From an uncultured Methylomirabilota bacterium (GTDB taxonomy: Bacteria; Methylomirabilota; Methylomirabilia; Methylomirabilales; 2-02-FULL-66-22), in the NCBI GenBank assembly GCA_963845565.1, contig CAWJSJ010000001.1, positions 544,001-608,000 on the forward strand: a stretch of DNA of 64,000 nt. Reading direction: 5' to 3'. The translations under genes and the position numbers were made by a program. The notes under the pieces were generated by a model. It was given only the letters and a program-made list of their open reading frames with translations. It did no database searches and was not told the origin of the DNA. Positions 22,380 to 33,074 of the stretch are shown here, in pieces; the stretch's first letter is position 1, and the number at the start of each line of letters is the position of its first letter.

Positions 22380-23288
22380 TCAGGGCGGCGGCAGCGCCAC
22401 CCACGTGGCGTCCGGGTTGAAGCGGGTCATCGCGCTCGCAATGGCCGCCGAAGCGGGGCCGAGGTCCTTCTGATACACGACGCCGTCGTGGTTGACCAGG
22501 AACGACATCACGCCGGTTTCTCCGTAGCGCGCCGGCCACGCGACCAGCGCGAAGCCGTTGGCGAGGTGGCCGCGAGTGAGGTAGCTGCGCGCGCCGCCGC
22601 TGGCCGCCGGACCCTGCGCCTCGAGGATCTTGAACCGGTAGCCGTGATAGCCGTCCTTGAAACGGCGGGTATCGAACAGCGGTCCCGCGGGGCTCGGGGG
22701 CTCGCCGTCCGGCGCGGCCCAGTACAGGCCGTCGCGCTTACCGGGGCTGCTCAAGAAACGGCGGGCGTATTCAAGGACGCCGTCGCCGTTGCGATCCTGC
22801 TCGGCGTATTCGCGCTGTGCGTCGTAGAAGGCGTACATGGCCTTGATCGCCGCGAGCTCGTTGCGGCCGATCCGCCGGATGCGAACCTCCTCCGCCCCGG
22901 CGCGCGCGTCGAAGACCCAGCCGTCGCCGCTGCGGACGATCGGAATCGGCAGCGTCCAGCCGTTGTTCAGCACCAGCCGGGCATTCGCCCCGTTGCGCTC
23001 GACGCGATGACCCTGCGACCACGCGGCCAGGAAGTCCGTGCGGTCCTCTTCGGACAGCGGGTCGAGCGGCATCAGCAGGCGATAGTCGGGACCGAGCACG
23101 ACGCGAACCTTGTCGTCGTCGTGGCACGCGAGGCCATCGACCAGCGCGTCAACCGCGGCCTCCGGTGTGGGGAAGACCTCTTGCGCGGTCGCCGGTGCCG
23201 CGGCCACCAGCGCCGCGACGAACAGCAGCGCCGCGCCACCCCGCGGCCACCACTTGCGCACCGATGTGCGTAGCATAATGGATCCCAT
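22380..23288 (-). CDS. DUF2950 family protein
   Basis: Signal peptide, FPTPEAAVDAL, RRIGRNEL, YHGYRFKIL, AWPARYGETGVMSF and YQKDLG. Confidence 0.9.
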   Translation of the reverse strand: MGSIMLRTSVRKWWPRGGAALLFVAALVAAAPATAQEVFPTPEAAVDALVDGLACHDDDKVRVVLGPDYRLLMPLDPLSEEDRTDFLAAWSQGHRVERNGANARLVLNNGWTLPIPIVRSGDGWVFDARAGAEEVRIRRIGRNELAAIKAMYAFYDAQREYAEQDRNGDGVLEYARRFLSSPGKRDGLYWAAPDGEPPSPAGPLFDTRRFKDGYHGYRFKILEAQGPAASGGARSYLTRGHLANGFALVAWPARYGETGVMSFLVNHDGVVYQKDLGPASAAIASAMTRFNPDATWVALPPP

Positions 23289-23290
23289 GG

Positions 23291-24719
23291 CTATCGCCGC
23301 CGCGCCGCCGCGCCGCCGGCCGCACCCGAAGCGCGCTGCTGCATCGCCCCCCGACTTGCCGTGCCGCGATCGATCTGTTGACGCGCCTGTGCGGCATTGC
23401 CCGCACCGCGCAGCGCGTTGTCGCGGTTGATCGCGGCGGCGCTGGTGTTCCAGTTCTGCAGTTGCGACCGGTCGGCGCCGCCGGCGCGACTCTGCAGCCG
23501 TGCGCGATCGACGCTTGTCGCGCGGTTCTGCGCTTGCGACCGGTCGACCGTGGCGGCGCGGTCCTGGACGCGGCCGCGGTCGATCCCAGTCGCCTGGCCC
23601 GGAAGCCGGCCGCGGTCCATGCCGGCTGCGCGGTCGCGTACGTTGCCGCCGGTGTCGGAGGTGCCGGGTCGCTGCGGCAGCCGGTTGCGGTCGATGTCGC
23701 GCAGCGCGTTACGGTCGAGATTCTGCGCACCCACGCGATTGGCAAGTTCCTGGCGCGCGTGATCGCGCTGCAGGTCGCGCCCGCGGAATTCGTCGCGCGC
23801 GCGGGCGTCACCGACCGCCGGTCGCAACCGATCGCGCGCTGCCGCACCGCGATAGGGCACGCCGTGGCGATTGCGGACGTCGTGCCGCCAGCTCACGTCG
23901 CGGTCGCGCGAATCGATCCGGCGATTGACGTTGATGGTGTTCCAGCGATTGACGTTGATGTTGACGTCGCGCCGGTGCCAGTTGACGCCGCCCCACAGTG
24001 AGTTCGACACGCCGGATGCTGGGGCCCCACCAGATACCGACGTGGACGGAGACGCCCCAGCCCCAGCGCGGCGGCGGGGGGAAGAAGAACGGCGGAAACG
24101 CCGGATGCCACCACGGGCCGAACGCCCAGACGGGGTGGTAGATCGGCACGAAGACGACCTGCGGATTGGCCGGGACGATGGTGATGATCTGCGTGGGCGG
24201 CGGCGGCGCGTTCACCAGAATCGTCTGGGGCGGCGGCGGCGCGGGCTCGACCGCGACGAGCTGGTGCTCGTTGGATGCGAGGTTGCCCGCGTCCTTCGCC
24301 TTCGCCCGGAGGAACTGCACCGAATCCATCACCTCGCCGGGCTGGCCGAGAAACGCATCGCCCAGGTCGCGCACCCATTGCGGATTCTCACCGAACATCG
24401 CGAGCACCTGCGGGAACGCCACCAGCGACTGCACACTTGGATCCCATGGCTTGTCCCGCACCGCCTCCACCGCCGCGTCGCCCTCGAATTTGCCGCGGTG
24501 CGCGTAGGCCCAATCCACCGCCAGCGCCACGTCCGAGGGATACGTGGACGCCATCAGCACCTGCGACAAGAGGGCGTCGGGAAACAGCGCGATCGACGCG
24601 AGCATCTGGTCGAGCTCGGCGGCGGTGAACGGCGGGGGTTCGGCGGCTCGCACCGATCCGACAGCCAGCAGGCACGCTACCACGAACGCCGCGGAAGCGC
24701 GGCGGAAACGTGAGCGCAC
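23291..24719 (-). CDS. DUF3300 domain protein with an Arg-rich repeat tail; frameshift near 24010; start approximate
   Basis: ELDQMLASIALFPDALLSQVLMASTYP, WDPSVQSL, LGDAFLGQP; tail WGGVNW..WRHDVRNRHGVPY in the next frame; adjacent to DUF2950. Confidence 0.85.
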
Positions 24720-24891
24720 GAAGAGGACTATCGGAAGCCGGCAGGCGAAAAGCGCATGATTGCCCACGGAGTCACCAGATCGGAAGCTGGAAACTGATCG
24801 CCCCCCCCGCGCGGTCGCCGCGCTGAACGGACGTCCGGGCCGATGGCCGAGCCAGGAAAAACAAACCAGGAGGCAACGGGAGACAGCGGGG

Positions 24892-24920
24892 ACGCTACCA
24901 AGGGAGGCTGGGCTTGTCAA
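24892..24920 (-). promoter_or_regulatory. Sigma70-type promoter for DUF3300-DUF2950
   Basis: Minus strand TTGACA, 17 bp, TAGCGT, with an extended TG. Confidence 0.6.
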
Positions 24921-24933
24921 GCGGAAGCAGGTC

Positions 24934-25097
24934 GCGTCCGGCTTTCCCCTTGACACCCCCCGCTGGTGCGTCGGATACTCCGTCTCAACTTTGAGGCATC
25001 CTTCGGATCGCGCGAAGGCCAGGGCCGGCGCGGCTCCGGCAGGCCGCGGGACGGCCGACAGGCGGATCGTTCCCGCGCCCCGCAAAAGCAAACTCCC
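24934..25097 (+). promoter_or_regulatory. Duplicated promoter plus structured leader, copy A
   Basis: TTGACA, 18 bp, GATACT, then two hairpins; homologous to 26695-26855. Confidence 0.7.
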
Positions 25098-25109
25098 ATC
25101 ACCACCCCT

Positions 25110-26012
25110 GTGTGCCATGCGTTGCCACCCGTCCCTGTTCTCGTTTTCGCGCGTGACTCGCTGCAGTTCGTCCGCCGGGTCTTTACGACCTTCATGCAGA
25201 ATCAAGGCCTGCTGTTGGCCGGCGCGGCGGCCTACTACATGCTGTTGTCGATCCTGCCGCTGCTGATCCTGCTGGTCCTGACGCTGTCGCCGTTCCTGCC
25301 CGAGGAGGAGCTGCTGTCGACCTTGAGCCGCTATGTGGAACTGATGGCGCCCGGGCACGCCGAACCGCTGGTGGAGCAACTGGCCAAGTTTCTCGGGCAT
25401 CGCGAGGTCACCGGGGGAGTCCTGCTGGCGACCCTGCTCTTCTCCAGTTCTCTCGCCTTCACCGTCCTCGAGAAATCGATGGCGACCATTTTCCACCATC
25501 GCGTCAAAACCCATACGCGACACTGGTTCACCTCGGCGCTCATTCCCTACGCCTTCATCGTGATGATCGGCGCCGGCCTGCTGCTGGTCACGCTGGCCTC
25601 TGGCGCGCTGGAGGCGCTCGGCACCCGGGAGGTCGCTGTTTTCGGCCACATTCGCTCACTGGAGGGAATGTCCGGCGCACTGCTGTACGCCATGGGGCTC
25701 ATCGGCGAAATACTGCTATTGAGCGCCATCTACATGGTCATGCCGGCAGGGCGCCTGTCGTGGCGACACGCATTGCTGGGCGGAATCACCGCCGGACTGC
25801 TGTGGGAACTGACGCGGCACCTGCTGGCGTGGTTCTTCGCCACGCTGTCCAGGGTCGGCGTGTTGTATGGAACGTTTGCGACCGCGATCTCGCTGCTGTT
25901 GAGTTTCGAAATCGCCGCCACCGTGCTGCTGGTCGGCGCCCAGGTCATCGCGCTCTATGAGCAGCGGCCGGGCCGCGCTCGGTCGTCGCACGGCCGCGGC
26001 ACAACATCGTGA
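25110..26012 (+). CDS. YihY/virulence factor BrkB family membrane protein (start approximate)
   Basis: LLAGAAAYYMLLSILP, AIYMVMP, LLWELTRHL and YGTFATAI..LLVGAQV. Confidence 0.88.
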   Translation: MCHALPPVPVLVFARDSLQFVRRVFTTFMQNQGLLLAGAAAYYMLLSILPLLILLVLTLSPFLPEEELLSTLSRYVELMAPGHAEPLVEQLAKFLGHREVTGGVLLATLLFSSSLAFTVLEKSMATIFHHRVKTHTRHWFTSALIPYAFIVMIGAGLLLVTLASGALEALGTREVAVFGHIRSLEGMSGALLYAMGLIGEILLLSAIYMVMPAGRLSWRHALLGGITAGLLWELTRHLLAWFFATLSRVGVLYGTFATAISLLLSFEIAATVLLVGAQVIALYEQRPGRARSSHGRGTTS

Positions 26013-26098
26013 TCGGCAGAGTGCGGGAGCGCTCCGGCGCAGGACGACAATCCGGACCCATGGCGATCTCGTCAACCTCGACCCGCAATGGAGGAGCC

Positions 26099-26584
26099 AT
26101 GTTCAGGGGTATCGCGTTAGGCGCAGGGATTGTGGTGGGACTGTCCGCGTGTACCACACCCGGCACGCAGACCGCGGTCCAACCGCCGGCCGTCTTCGAG
26201 CACCGGGTGAGCGCTGCCGACGTCCGCGTGTTCTGGAACTGCACCCAGCCGGAGCAGAACCTTCTCCAGGTGGACGGCGTGGTGCAGAACATCGGGGGAC
26301 AGCGGGTCCGGTTCGCCGAGGTAGAGGTAGTGGCGGTAAACGCCAGCAATCGCACCGTGAGCTCCGCCAGGAGCGCCGTAAGGGACACCGTGCTTCAGAC
26401 CAATCAGAGATCGCCCTTCCTGATCCAGCTCCGCACCTCGGGGGAGGAGGTGCGCTTCGACATGTTCTACAGACACAGGGCGAGAGACACATCCGGCATC
26501 GGCACCGCCATGGATCGCCAGGTCCAGAACATGGCGCGGGACGTCTGCTCGCCGACGCAATACCGCTCTCAAGAGCCCGGCTAG
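26099..26584 (+). CDS. Hypothetical lipoprotein
   Basis: GGAG RBS, signal peptide with LSAC lipobox, beta-rich mature domain. Confidence 0.7.
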   Translation: MFRGIALGAGIVVGLSACTTPGTQTAVQPPAVFEHRVSAADVRVFWNCTQPEQNLLQVDGVVQNIGGQRVRFAEVEVVAVNASNRTVSSARSAVRDTVLQTNQRSPFLIQLRTSGEEVRFDMFYRHRARDTSGIGTAMDRQVQNMARDVCSPTQYRSQEPG

Positions 26585-26694
26585 AGATCGAGAACGCATT
26601 TATGGTAATGGAAGCGAGTTGACACCCTTATCCAGGGATCCGGGGCTTGACGGTTTCGGGGCAGTTCGTTACGCCGCGCGGCACCCCGGCCCCG

Positions 26695-26855
26695 GCGTCC
26701 GAGCTTCCCCCTTGACACCCCCTGCTTCGCGTCGGATACTCCGCAGGAATTGGAGACCCCCGTCGGGGGGCGCGGACGGCGGGGCCAGCGCGGCTCCGGC
26801 GGGCCGCGGGGTTGCCGACAGGCGGATCGTCGGGCGCCCCGCAAACGCAAATCCC
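26695..26855 (+). promoter_or_regulatory. Duplicated promoter plus structured leader, copy B
   Basis: TTGACA (26712), 17 bp, GATACT (26735), then the same hairpins as copy A. Confidence 0.7.
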
Positions 26856-26884
26856 TCTCAACTCTTCGTGGAAAGGTGGGCTTC

Positions 26885-27463
26885 ATGAACAGGCGGACAT
26901 TTCATGCAACCGGCGCAGTGATCCTGGTGGTGTCCCTGCTGGCGTCGATGGGCTGTTCGACCACCAGCGGCCAGTCCGCGGACCCGGCCGCCCGACGCCA
27001 GACCATCGATGCGGGAGTCGACCAGGCCCTCTCCCAGCTCCAGAGGGAAATCCCCACCTCGCAGAGCCTTATTTCCTCGGCGAAGGGCGTGCTGGTCTTC
27101 CCGTCGGTCTTGACGGGGGGCTTCATCGTCGGCGCCGCGCACGGGCAAGGCGCCCTGCGCAAGGGCGGCAAGACCGCCGGCTACTTCAGCACCACGGCGA
27201 TATCCGTCGGGCTGCTCGCCGGCGCCCAATCCAAGGCGGTGTTCATTCTGTTCATGACAGAGGACGCACTGGCCCGGTTCGAGGCCAGCCAGGGCTGGAC
27301 GGCCGGGGTCGACGGCTCGGTGGCGTTGATCACCGTCGGGGCCGCCGCCCAGGTCACCACGCAGACCGGCCAGCAACCCATCGTCGGCTACGTCCTCACG
27401 AACGCCGGGCTGATGGCCAACCTGAGCCTGGATGGCACCCGGATCGTCCGACTCAGCCTGTAA
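26885..27463 (+). CDS. YSC84/SYLF-related lipid-binding lipoprotein
   Basis: MNRRTF signal with a Cys lipobox; AKGVLVFP..GGFIVGAAHGQGAL..GLLAGAQSK..GLMANLSLDGTRI. Confidence 0.88.
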   Translation: MNRRTFHATGAVILVVSLLASMGCSTTSGQSADPAARRQTIDAGVDQALSQLQREIPTSQSLISSAKGVLVFPSVLTGGFIVGAAHGQGALRKGGKTAGYFSTTAISVGLLAGAQSKAVFILFMTEDALARFEASQGWTAGVDGSVALITVGAAAQVTTQTGQQPIVGYVLTNAGLMANLSLDGTRIVRLSL

Positions 27464-27566
27464 GCCGTTGTCAAAGAATTAGTTGAGCGGAGACATTCCG
27501 AAACGGCATAAGGAGCCGTAACGAAATAGAAAGAGATGTATAGGTTATTTCGTAACGGCTCCTAAG
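27461..27566 (+). mobile_element. Twin-hairpin miniature element, family 2, copy c
   Basis: Near-identical to 13960-14063; begins at the TAA stop of the upstream gene. Confidence 0.85.
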
Positions 27567-27579
27567 CCGGCCGACGACC

Positions 27580-27654
27580 CGGCGGGATCCGAGGGTGGGG
27601 CGCCAGCGCCGGGGCAACGCACGCGTGGCGCGGCCGCACCCTCGGATCCCGCCG
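27580..27654. repeat. GC-rich long hairpin (REP-like)
   Basis: Perfect 18-bp inverted repeat CGGCGGGATCCGAGGGTG / CACCCTCGGATCCCGCCG with an inner CGCCA/TGGCG pairing. Confidence 0.8.
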
Positions 27655-27742
27655 AGCCTGAAGGGGAAGCACGGGTTGGGGGGCATACGCGTCAGCGAAT
27701 CGGCACTGACACCTGGTCGAGTACCATGAAGAGGAGTGGGGT

Positions 27743-28324
27743 ATGCCGAGTGCCTTCGTCGCCATCGCGGTTGCAGGTTATGGTTTAATTTTCGCGCTTT
27801 TTGGTTACCCGATTTTCCGGGTTTTGTTGCCCATTTACGGAGGAATCGTTGGTTATGCTGTGGGGAGAGCCAGTATCGGTCCTGACTACCCGGTGGGGGC
27901 CTTTCTGCTTGCTGTCGCGCTTGCGATCGTGTTTGCAAGCATAGCCTACTTTTACTGGAGCGTCATGATCGGTCTGGCGGGAGCGCTACTCGGCTATGGT
28001 TTGGTCGCCGGGTCGGCGATCTTTTTCTATCCGACCGCACCCGGCATATCGTTGCTGATCGGCCTGGCAGGTGCCCTGATTGGTTTTCTCATTTTTCTGG
28101 CGGCCAAGGATCTCATGGTGATGGTGGCAAGCGCGCTCAACGGCGCCATGATCGTGGGAGGGGCAACCTATTCTTGGCTGGATCCCGTCTCAATGAGGGA
28201 CTATATCACCCTCGCGGTTTTTACCGCCGTGGCCGTTATCGGCGTTGTGGTTCAGTTCCGGCTTTTCGGGAAGGAACGAAAGTACTCCGCTGGAGAATAC
28301 CGCAAGACTCCCTCGCGACCTTAA
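27743..28324 (+). CDS. DUF4203-like (TM7S3/TM198) membrane protein
   Basis: Six to seven Gly-rich TM segments (FGYPIFRVLLPIYGGIVG..ASALNGA); visibly lower GC than neighbours. Confidence 0.7.
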   Translation: MPSAFVAIAVAGYGLIFALFGYPIFRVLLPIYGGIVGYAVGRASIGPDYPVGAFLLAVALAIVFASIAYFYWSVMIGLAGALLGYGLVAGSAIFFYPTAPGISLLIGLAGALIGFLIFLAAKDLMVMVASALNGAMIVGGATYSWLDPVSMRDYITLAVFTAVAVIGVVVQFRLFGKERKYSAGEYRKTPSRP

Positions 28325-28358
28325 GCTGAGACCTCGCAACCTCGAATTCACTCAGGAG

Positions 28359-28490
28359 CCCGGATTATTCACGAAGGATTCGTGAAGAATCCGGGCTTAC
28401 CTGACGAGCAGCCATTCTCGCTTGCAACGGGAAATTACGTGGTGGCGGGTGGATCGGGTTCCCATCCGTCAGGATGGGTGCGGTGTCACC
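28359..28490 (+). mobile_element. Family 3 element: terminal palindrome plus ~90-bp conserved body
   Basis: CCCGGATTATTCACGAA-GGA-TTCGTGAAGAATCCGGG plus body; inverted homologue at 39475-39603. Confidence 0.8.
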
Positions 28491-28499
28491 ATTCCCGGA

Positions 28500-29797
28500 T
28501 CAGCGCTTGGGACGGCGACGGACGTACGACCCGACGCGGCCGATCTGGAGCTGCCAGGCCGCCGAACATCTCGGTCAGCCACTTGTACAGCGCCGCGCCC
28601 ATCAGGGTGCCCAGCGCGATCGACACGAGTGCGAACACGGCGGCGATCAGGCCCTCCACCCCGGCAGCATGGTCGCTCAGCATGTACTTCACGCTCAGCA
28701 GTCCCAGCGCGCCGGGCACGAGGAGCCAGAAACTCGGCAGGAACGTCACCATGGCCGGCGGCCCCTTGAAACGCAGCTGGATCAGGTAGCCGAGCGGTGT
28801 CGCGACGAGCATCCCGAAGAATCCGCTGATCTCTTTGCCGAAGAAGACGGCCGCCACCCGCTGCGTCGCGAAGGTGAGGAGTAGCACGAGGAGCATCCAC
28901 CATAAGGAGTTCCGGGGCGCGGAGAAATGGAGATGGACACCCATCCCGAACACCACCACGCCCACCCATGGCGCCCAGGCCACCGTGTCAAGTTCCCCGG
29001 CCGCTTCGATCAGGGTGTCGGGGCTGATCCCGACGAGCACGGCGCCCGCCGCGAGGCCGAATGCCAGCAGGACGAGTTGGACGAAGCCGGTGATGAGCCG
29101 GCTCGATCCGCTCACCATGTCGCCGTACACCAGCTCCACCATCCCGAGGGTCAGCATGCCGCCGGGCAGGAACGACACCAGCGGCGGCACCAATGCATGC
29201 AGCGGATCGGCCGGCAGGCCGTGCTTTGACGGCGAGGAAGACGAGCACGGACACCACCCCCGCCGCGACCACGGGCAACGGCACGGCGAGCACGGGTTGG
29301 TTCCGGTTGAGCGCCTTCAGCGCGCCCACGATCGCGCCGAGCAATGCCGCGACGGCGACGTAGGTGAGCGACGGCACCAGCACCATCGACACGCCGACCG
29401 ACAGGATCGTGTGCCCCACGACGATGCCGGCAACGCCAAATCGCGCGGGCTTTCGCAGGATTTCGGCGAGCCGCTCCAGTCCGTCGTGCGGCGCCACCGC
29501 CCCGCACTGAGCGGCCTCCCCCAGCTCGTAAACGTCGGCGATCTGATCCAGGCGCAGCGTTTGCCCTGGCCCCTCGGCCAGGGTCACGCGTTCTTCCCCG
29601 GGGTCCTGCAGGCTGATGAAGATCGCGGTGGGGAACGTCACGACCCGCGATCGTCGCACGCCGTACGCCGACGCCATGCGGCGCAGGATGAGTTCCACCT
29701 TCGCCGTCTGCTCGCCGCAGGCGAGGAACGCCTGCCCGAGGCGGAACATGAATTCGAGCAGGGCGCCGGTGTCGACCTGCGGGGACTCGTTCTCCAT
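28500..29797 (-). CDS. ThrE family threonine/serine exporter (frameshift near 29225, possibly another near 28560)
   Basis: FMFRLGQAFLACGE..FPTAIFI..LRLDQIADV; PPLVSFLPGGMLT; FLPSFWLLVPG. Confidence 0.8.
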
Positions 29798-29798
29798 T

Positions 29799-29910
29799 TC
29801 ATCCTGGTCCAGGTGGAAGCCCCAGCACCTCCCAGGCGAGGAACAAGAGCGCCCAGGCGATGACGGTCGCCGCCGTGCAAGGCAGCATCATCCCCACGAT
29901 CGTCCCTCGA
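29799..29910 (-). pseudogene. Orphan C-terminal fragment of an AbgT-family transporter
   Basis: GTIVGMMLPCTAATVIAWALLFLAWEVLGLPPGPG* parallels the end of the AbgT gene at ~41230-41338 (GTVVSLMLPY..LWTLLFAVWQLLGLPWGL*). Confidence 0.65.
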
Positions 29911-29935
29911 TCCCTCCTCCGAAATGCCAGGCGAA

Positions 29936-32900
29936 TCACGCGGGCCGTGTCCCCTGCGAGGCGGGGGTCGCGCCGTCCCCTGCATGAATCCCAAAGAAGA
30001 TCGCGTACAGCACCGGCGTCACGATCAGCGACAGGACGGCGGCGAACGACAGGCCGAACATGATGCACACGGCCATCGCCCCGAAGAACGGGTCCTTCAG
30101 CAGCGGGATCATCCCGAGCACGGTCGTGAGCACGACCATGCACACCGGCCGCATCTTGCTGACGCCCGCCGTCGAGGATCGCCTGATAGGGCGTCTTCCC
30201 CTTCTCGATCTCGGTGAGGATCTTGCTCAGCACGACGATCTGGTTCTTGATCAGCTCGCCGCCCAGGCGAGCACGCCCAGCAGGGCCATGAAGCCGAACG
30301 GCATGCCGGTGAGCAGCAGCCCCGCGGTCACGCCGATGATCGCCAGCGGCATGATCAGCCAGATCAGCAGCGTGGTGCGGATCGAGTTGAACAGGCACAC
30401 GACGATGAACACCATGAGCGCCAGCACGTAGGGCAGCGGCCTGGCCAGGGCGGCGCGGGCGTCGGCCGGAGTCTTCGTACTCGCCGCCCCATGCGAGCGA
30501 GTAGCCCGGCGGCAGCTCGATCTGCTCGATCTTCGACCGCACGCGGTTGAACAACTGGCTCGGCAGGCCGGACCGCGGATCGGCATGGACGGTGAGGGTC
30601 GGGAAGCGATCGCGGCGCATCACGACCGGGTCTTCCCAGACGACCTCGGCGCCGGACGTGACCTGACTCAGGGGGATCATCCGCCCGGCGACCGGGCTCC
30701 AGATCTGCAGGCTGTTGATCGCCGCGACATCGCTGCGCTCGGCCAGGGGCGGACGGGCGACGATCGGCAGCAGCCGCGTCTCCTGCGGGTAGACACCCGT
30801 GCCGGCGCTCGCCCGGCTCGCGGTAGAAGCCGACCACGCGCCCTTCGAAGCTGGTCTGCCAGGGCCTGGGCCACCTCGACGCGCGTGATGCCGTTGCGGC
30901 GCGCCTGGAGATTCGAGCAGCTCGGGGCGGATGACCTTTTCGCGCTCGCGCCAGTCGCTGCGCACGCACGACGCGTCCCGCCGTCGTCTCTCGAGAATCG
31001 TCACCGCCTGATCGCCGAGTTCGCGCAGTTTCGCCGGATCGGGACCCGGAACCGCGCCTGAATGCGCCCACCCTCGCCGGGGCCCAGCAGAAACTTCTTG
31101 GCGACGGCGTTGGCATTCGGGTACTTCTCGTCCAGATGCTTCTGGATGTCGGCAATCAACCCATCGATCTTCTTCCAGTCATCGACGTCGACCAGGAACT
31201 GCACGAAGGCGCGGTTCTCCCGCTCCGGACTGTAGACGAGCAGGAAGCGCAGGCCGCCGCCGCCGATGAACGACGTGACGTGCGTGACGCCGGGCTGCGC
31301 CTGGATGTATCGCTGGACGTCGCCGGCGAACGCCTCGGTCTCGCGGATGTGCGTGCCGGCCGGCAGAAACACGTCGACCATGAACTGCGGCCGCGTCGCG
31401 GGCGGGAAGAAGCTCTGGTCGACCTTCGTGAAGCCGTACAGCGACAGCGACGAACGACACGATCGACAAGCGCCACCACCGCCCAGCGGAAGCGAAGCGC
31501 CAGCACCAGCAAGCTGCCGGTAGATCCGAAACGGGAGGCCGCCGTACGGATCGCTGCTTGCGCAGATGCCCCGCCGGCCTTGCGGCTTGAAAGAACAGAT
31601 AGCTCAAGCAGCGGCGTGACCGTGACCGACGACACCCAGCTCAGGCTCAGGGAAATCAGGATGACCCAGAACAGCGAGTTGCAGTATTCGCCGGTGCTGT
31701 CTTCCGACAGGCCGATCGCGGCGAAGGCGATGACGCCGATGGCCGTCGCCCCGAAGAGCGGCCACTGGTTCTGGGCGACCACCTCGCGGACCACCTCGAG
31801 CTTGTCCTCGCCGGCCTCGATCCCGACCTTGATCCCCTCGATGACGATGATCGCGTTGTCGGTGAGCATGCACAGCGCGATGATCAGCGCACCCAGCGAG
31901 ATGCGCTCCATCAGGAGGTCGCCCTTCATGTACATGACGAGGAAGGTCGCCATGATCGTGAGGAACAGCACGACGCCGATGATGAGCCCGGTCTTGCGGC
32001 CCATCGCGAACAGCAGCACGACGAAGACGATGGTGACCGCCTTGCCCAGGTTGAAGATGAACTCGTTGGTGGCCGCGCGTGACCGCCTCGGGCTGGAAGT
32101 TGATCTCGCCGATCTCGATGCCGATCGGCTGGTCGGCTTTGAGCTCCTCGAGCTTTCGCCGGACGCCCTCGCCCATCGTCACGACGTTGCCGCCCTGCAC
32201 CGTGGAGATGCCCAGGCCGATGGCCGGCTTGCCGTCGTAGCGCAGCAGACGGCGCGGCGGGTCCTGATCGCCGCGCGCCGAGCGTGGCGACGTCCCGGAG
32301 GAAGAGCTGGCGGCCCGTCCGGTCCGAGCCGATCACCAGATCGAGCATGTCCTCGGCCGAGCGGAAGCCGCCGTGCGGATCGAGCGGCGATGTGCTCATC
32401 GCCGACGCGCACGCGGCCGCCGTCGGCGGCGACGTTCCTCGCCTGGAGCTGGCGGTAGATCTGCTCCTCGTTGATGCCGAGCTGCGCCAGCCGTTGCCGC
32501 GAGATTTCGAGGAAGACGACTTCCTGCTGCTGCGCCGAAGAGATCGACTTTCTTGACGTCCGGCACCAACAGCAGCTCGCGGCGGAGGAACTCGGCATAG
32601 CGGCGCAGTTCCGGGAACGAGTAGCCTTCGCCGGTAATGGCCAGGAAGATGCCGTAGACGTCGCCGAAATCGTCGATCACCATCGACGTGCCGCGCACCG
32701 AGGGCGGCAGCTGCGGCTGCACGTCGGCGATCTTGCGACGAAGTTCGTCCCACACCTGCGGAATCGCGTCCTTGTGGTACCGGTCCTTGATGACGGCGGA
32801 GACGACCGACATCCCGCGCGAGGATTCCGACTCGACGCGCTCGAGCTGGCCAAGCTGCTGGCAGGCGCTTTCGATCGGGTTGGTGACCTCCTTGGCGACC

Positions 32901-33074
32901 TCTTCGGCGCTCGCCCCGGGATATGGCGTGATGATCAGCGCTTCCTTGATCGTGAACTCCGGATCTTCGAGCCGGCCCATGTTGCTGATAGGCCACGACC
33001 CCGCCGACGAGGACGAGGAGCATCGCGACGAAGACGACGCGGTTGTTGCGGACGGAGAATACGCCGGGGTTCAT
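29936..33074 (-). CDS. RND efflux permease (AcrB/AcrD/AcrF family), many frameshifts
   Basis: GRLEDPEFTIKEA, YPGASAEEV, DDFGDVYG, LIIALCMLTDNAII and RPVCMVVLTTVLGMIPL spread over several frames. Confidence 0.88.

Noticed and set aside
25021..25060. SRP (4.5S) RNA as the identity of the duplicated leader
   Set aside because: Lacks the conserved CAGG-TCCGGAAGGAAGCAG helix 8 signature.
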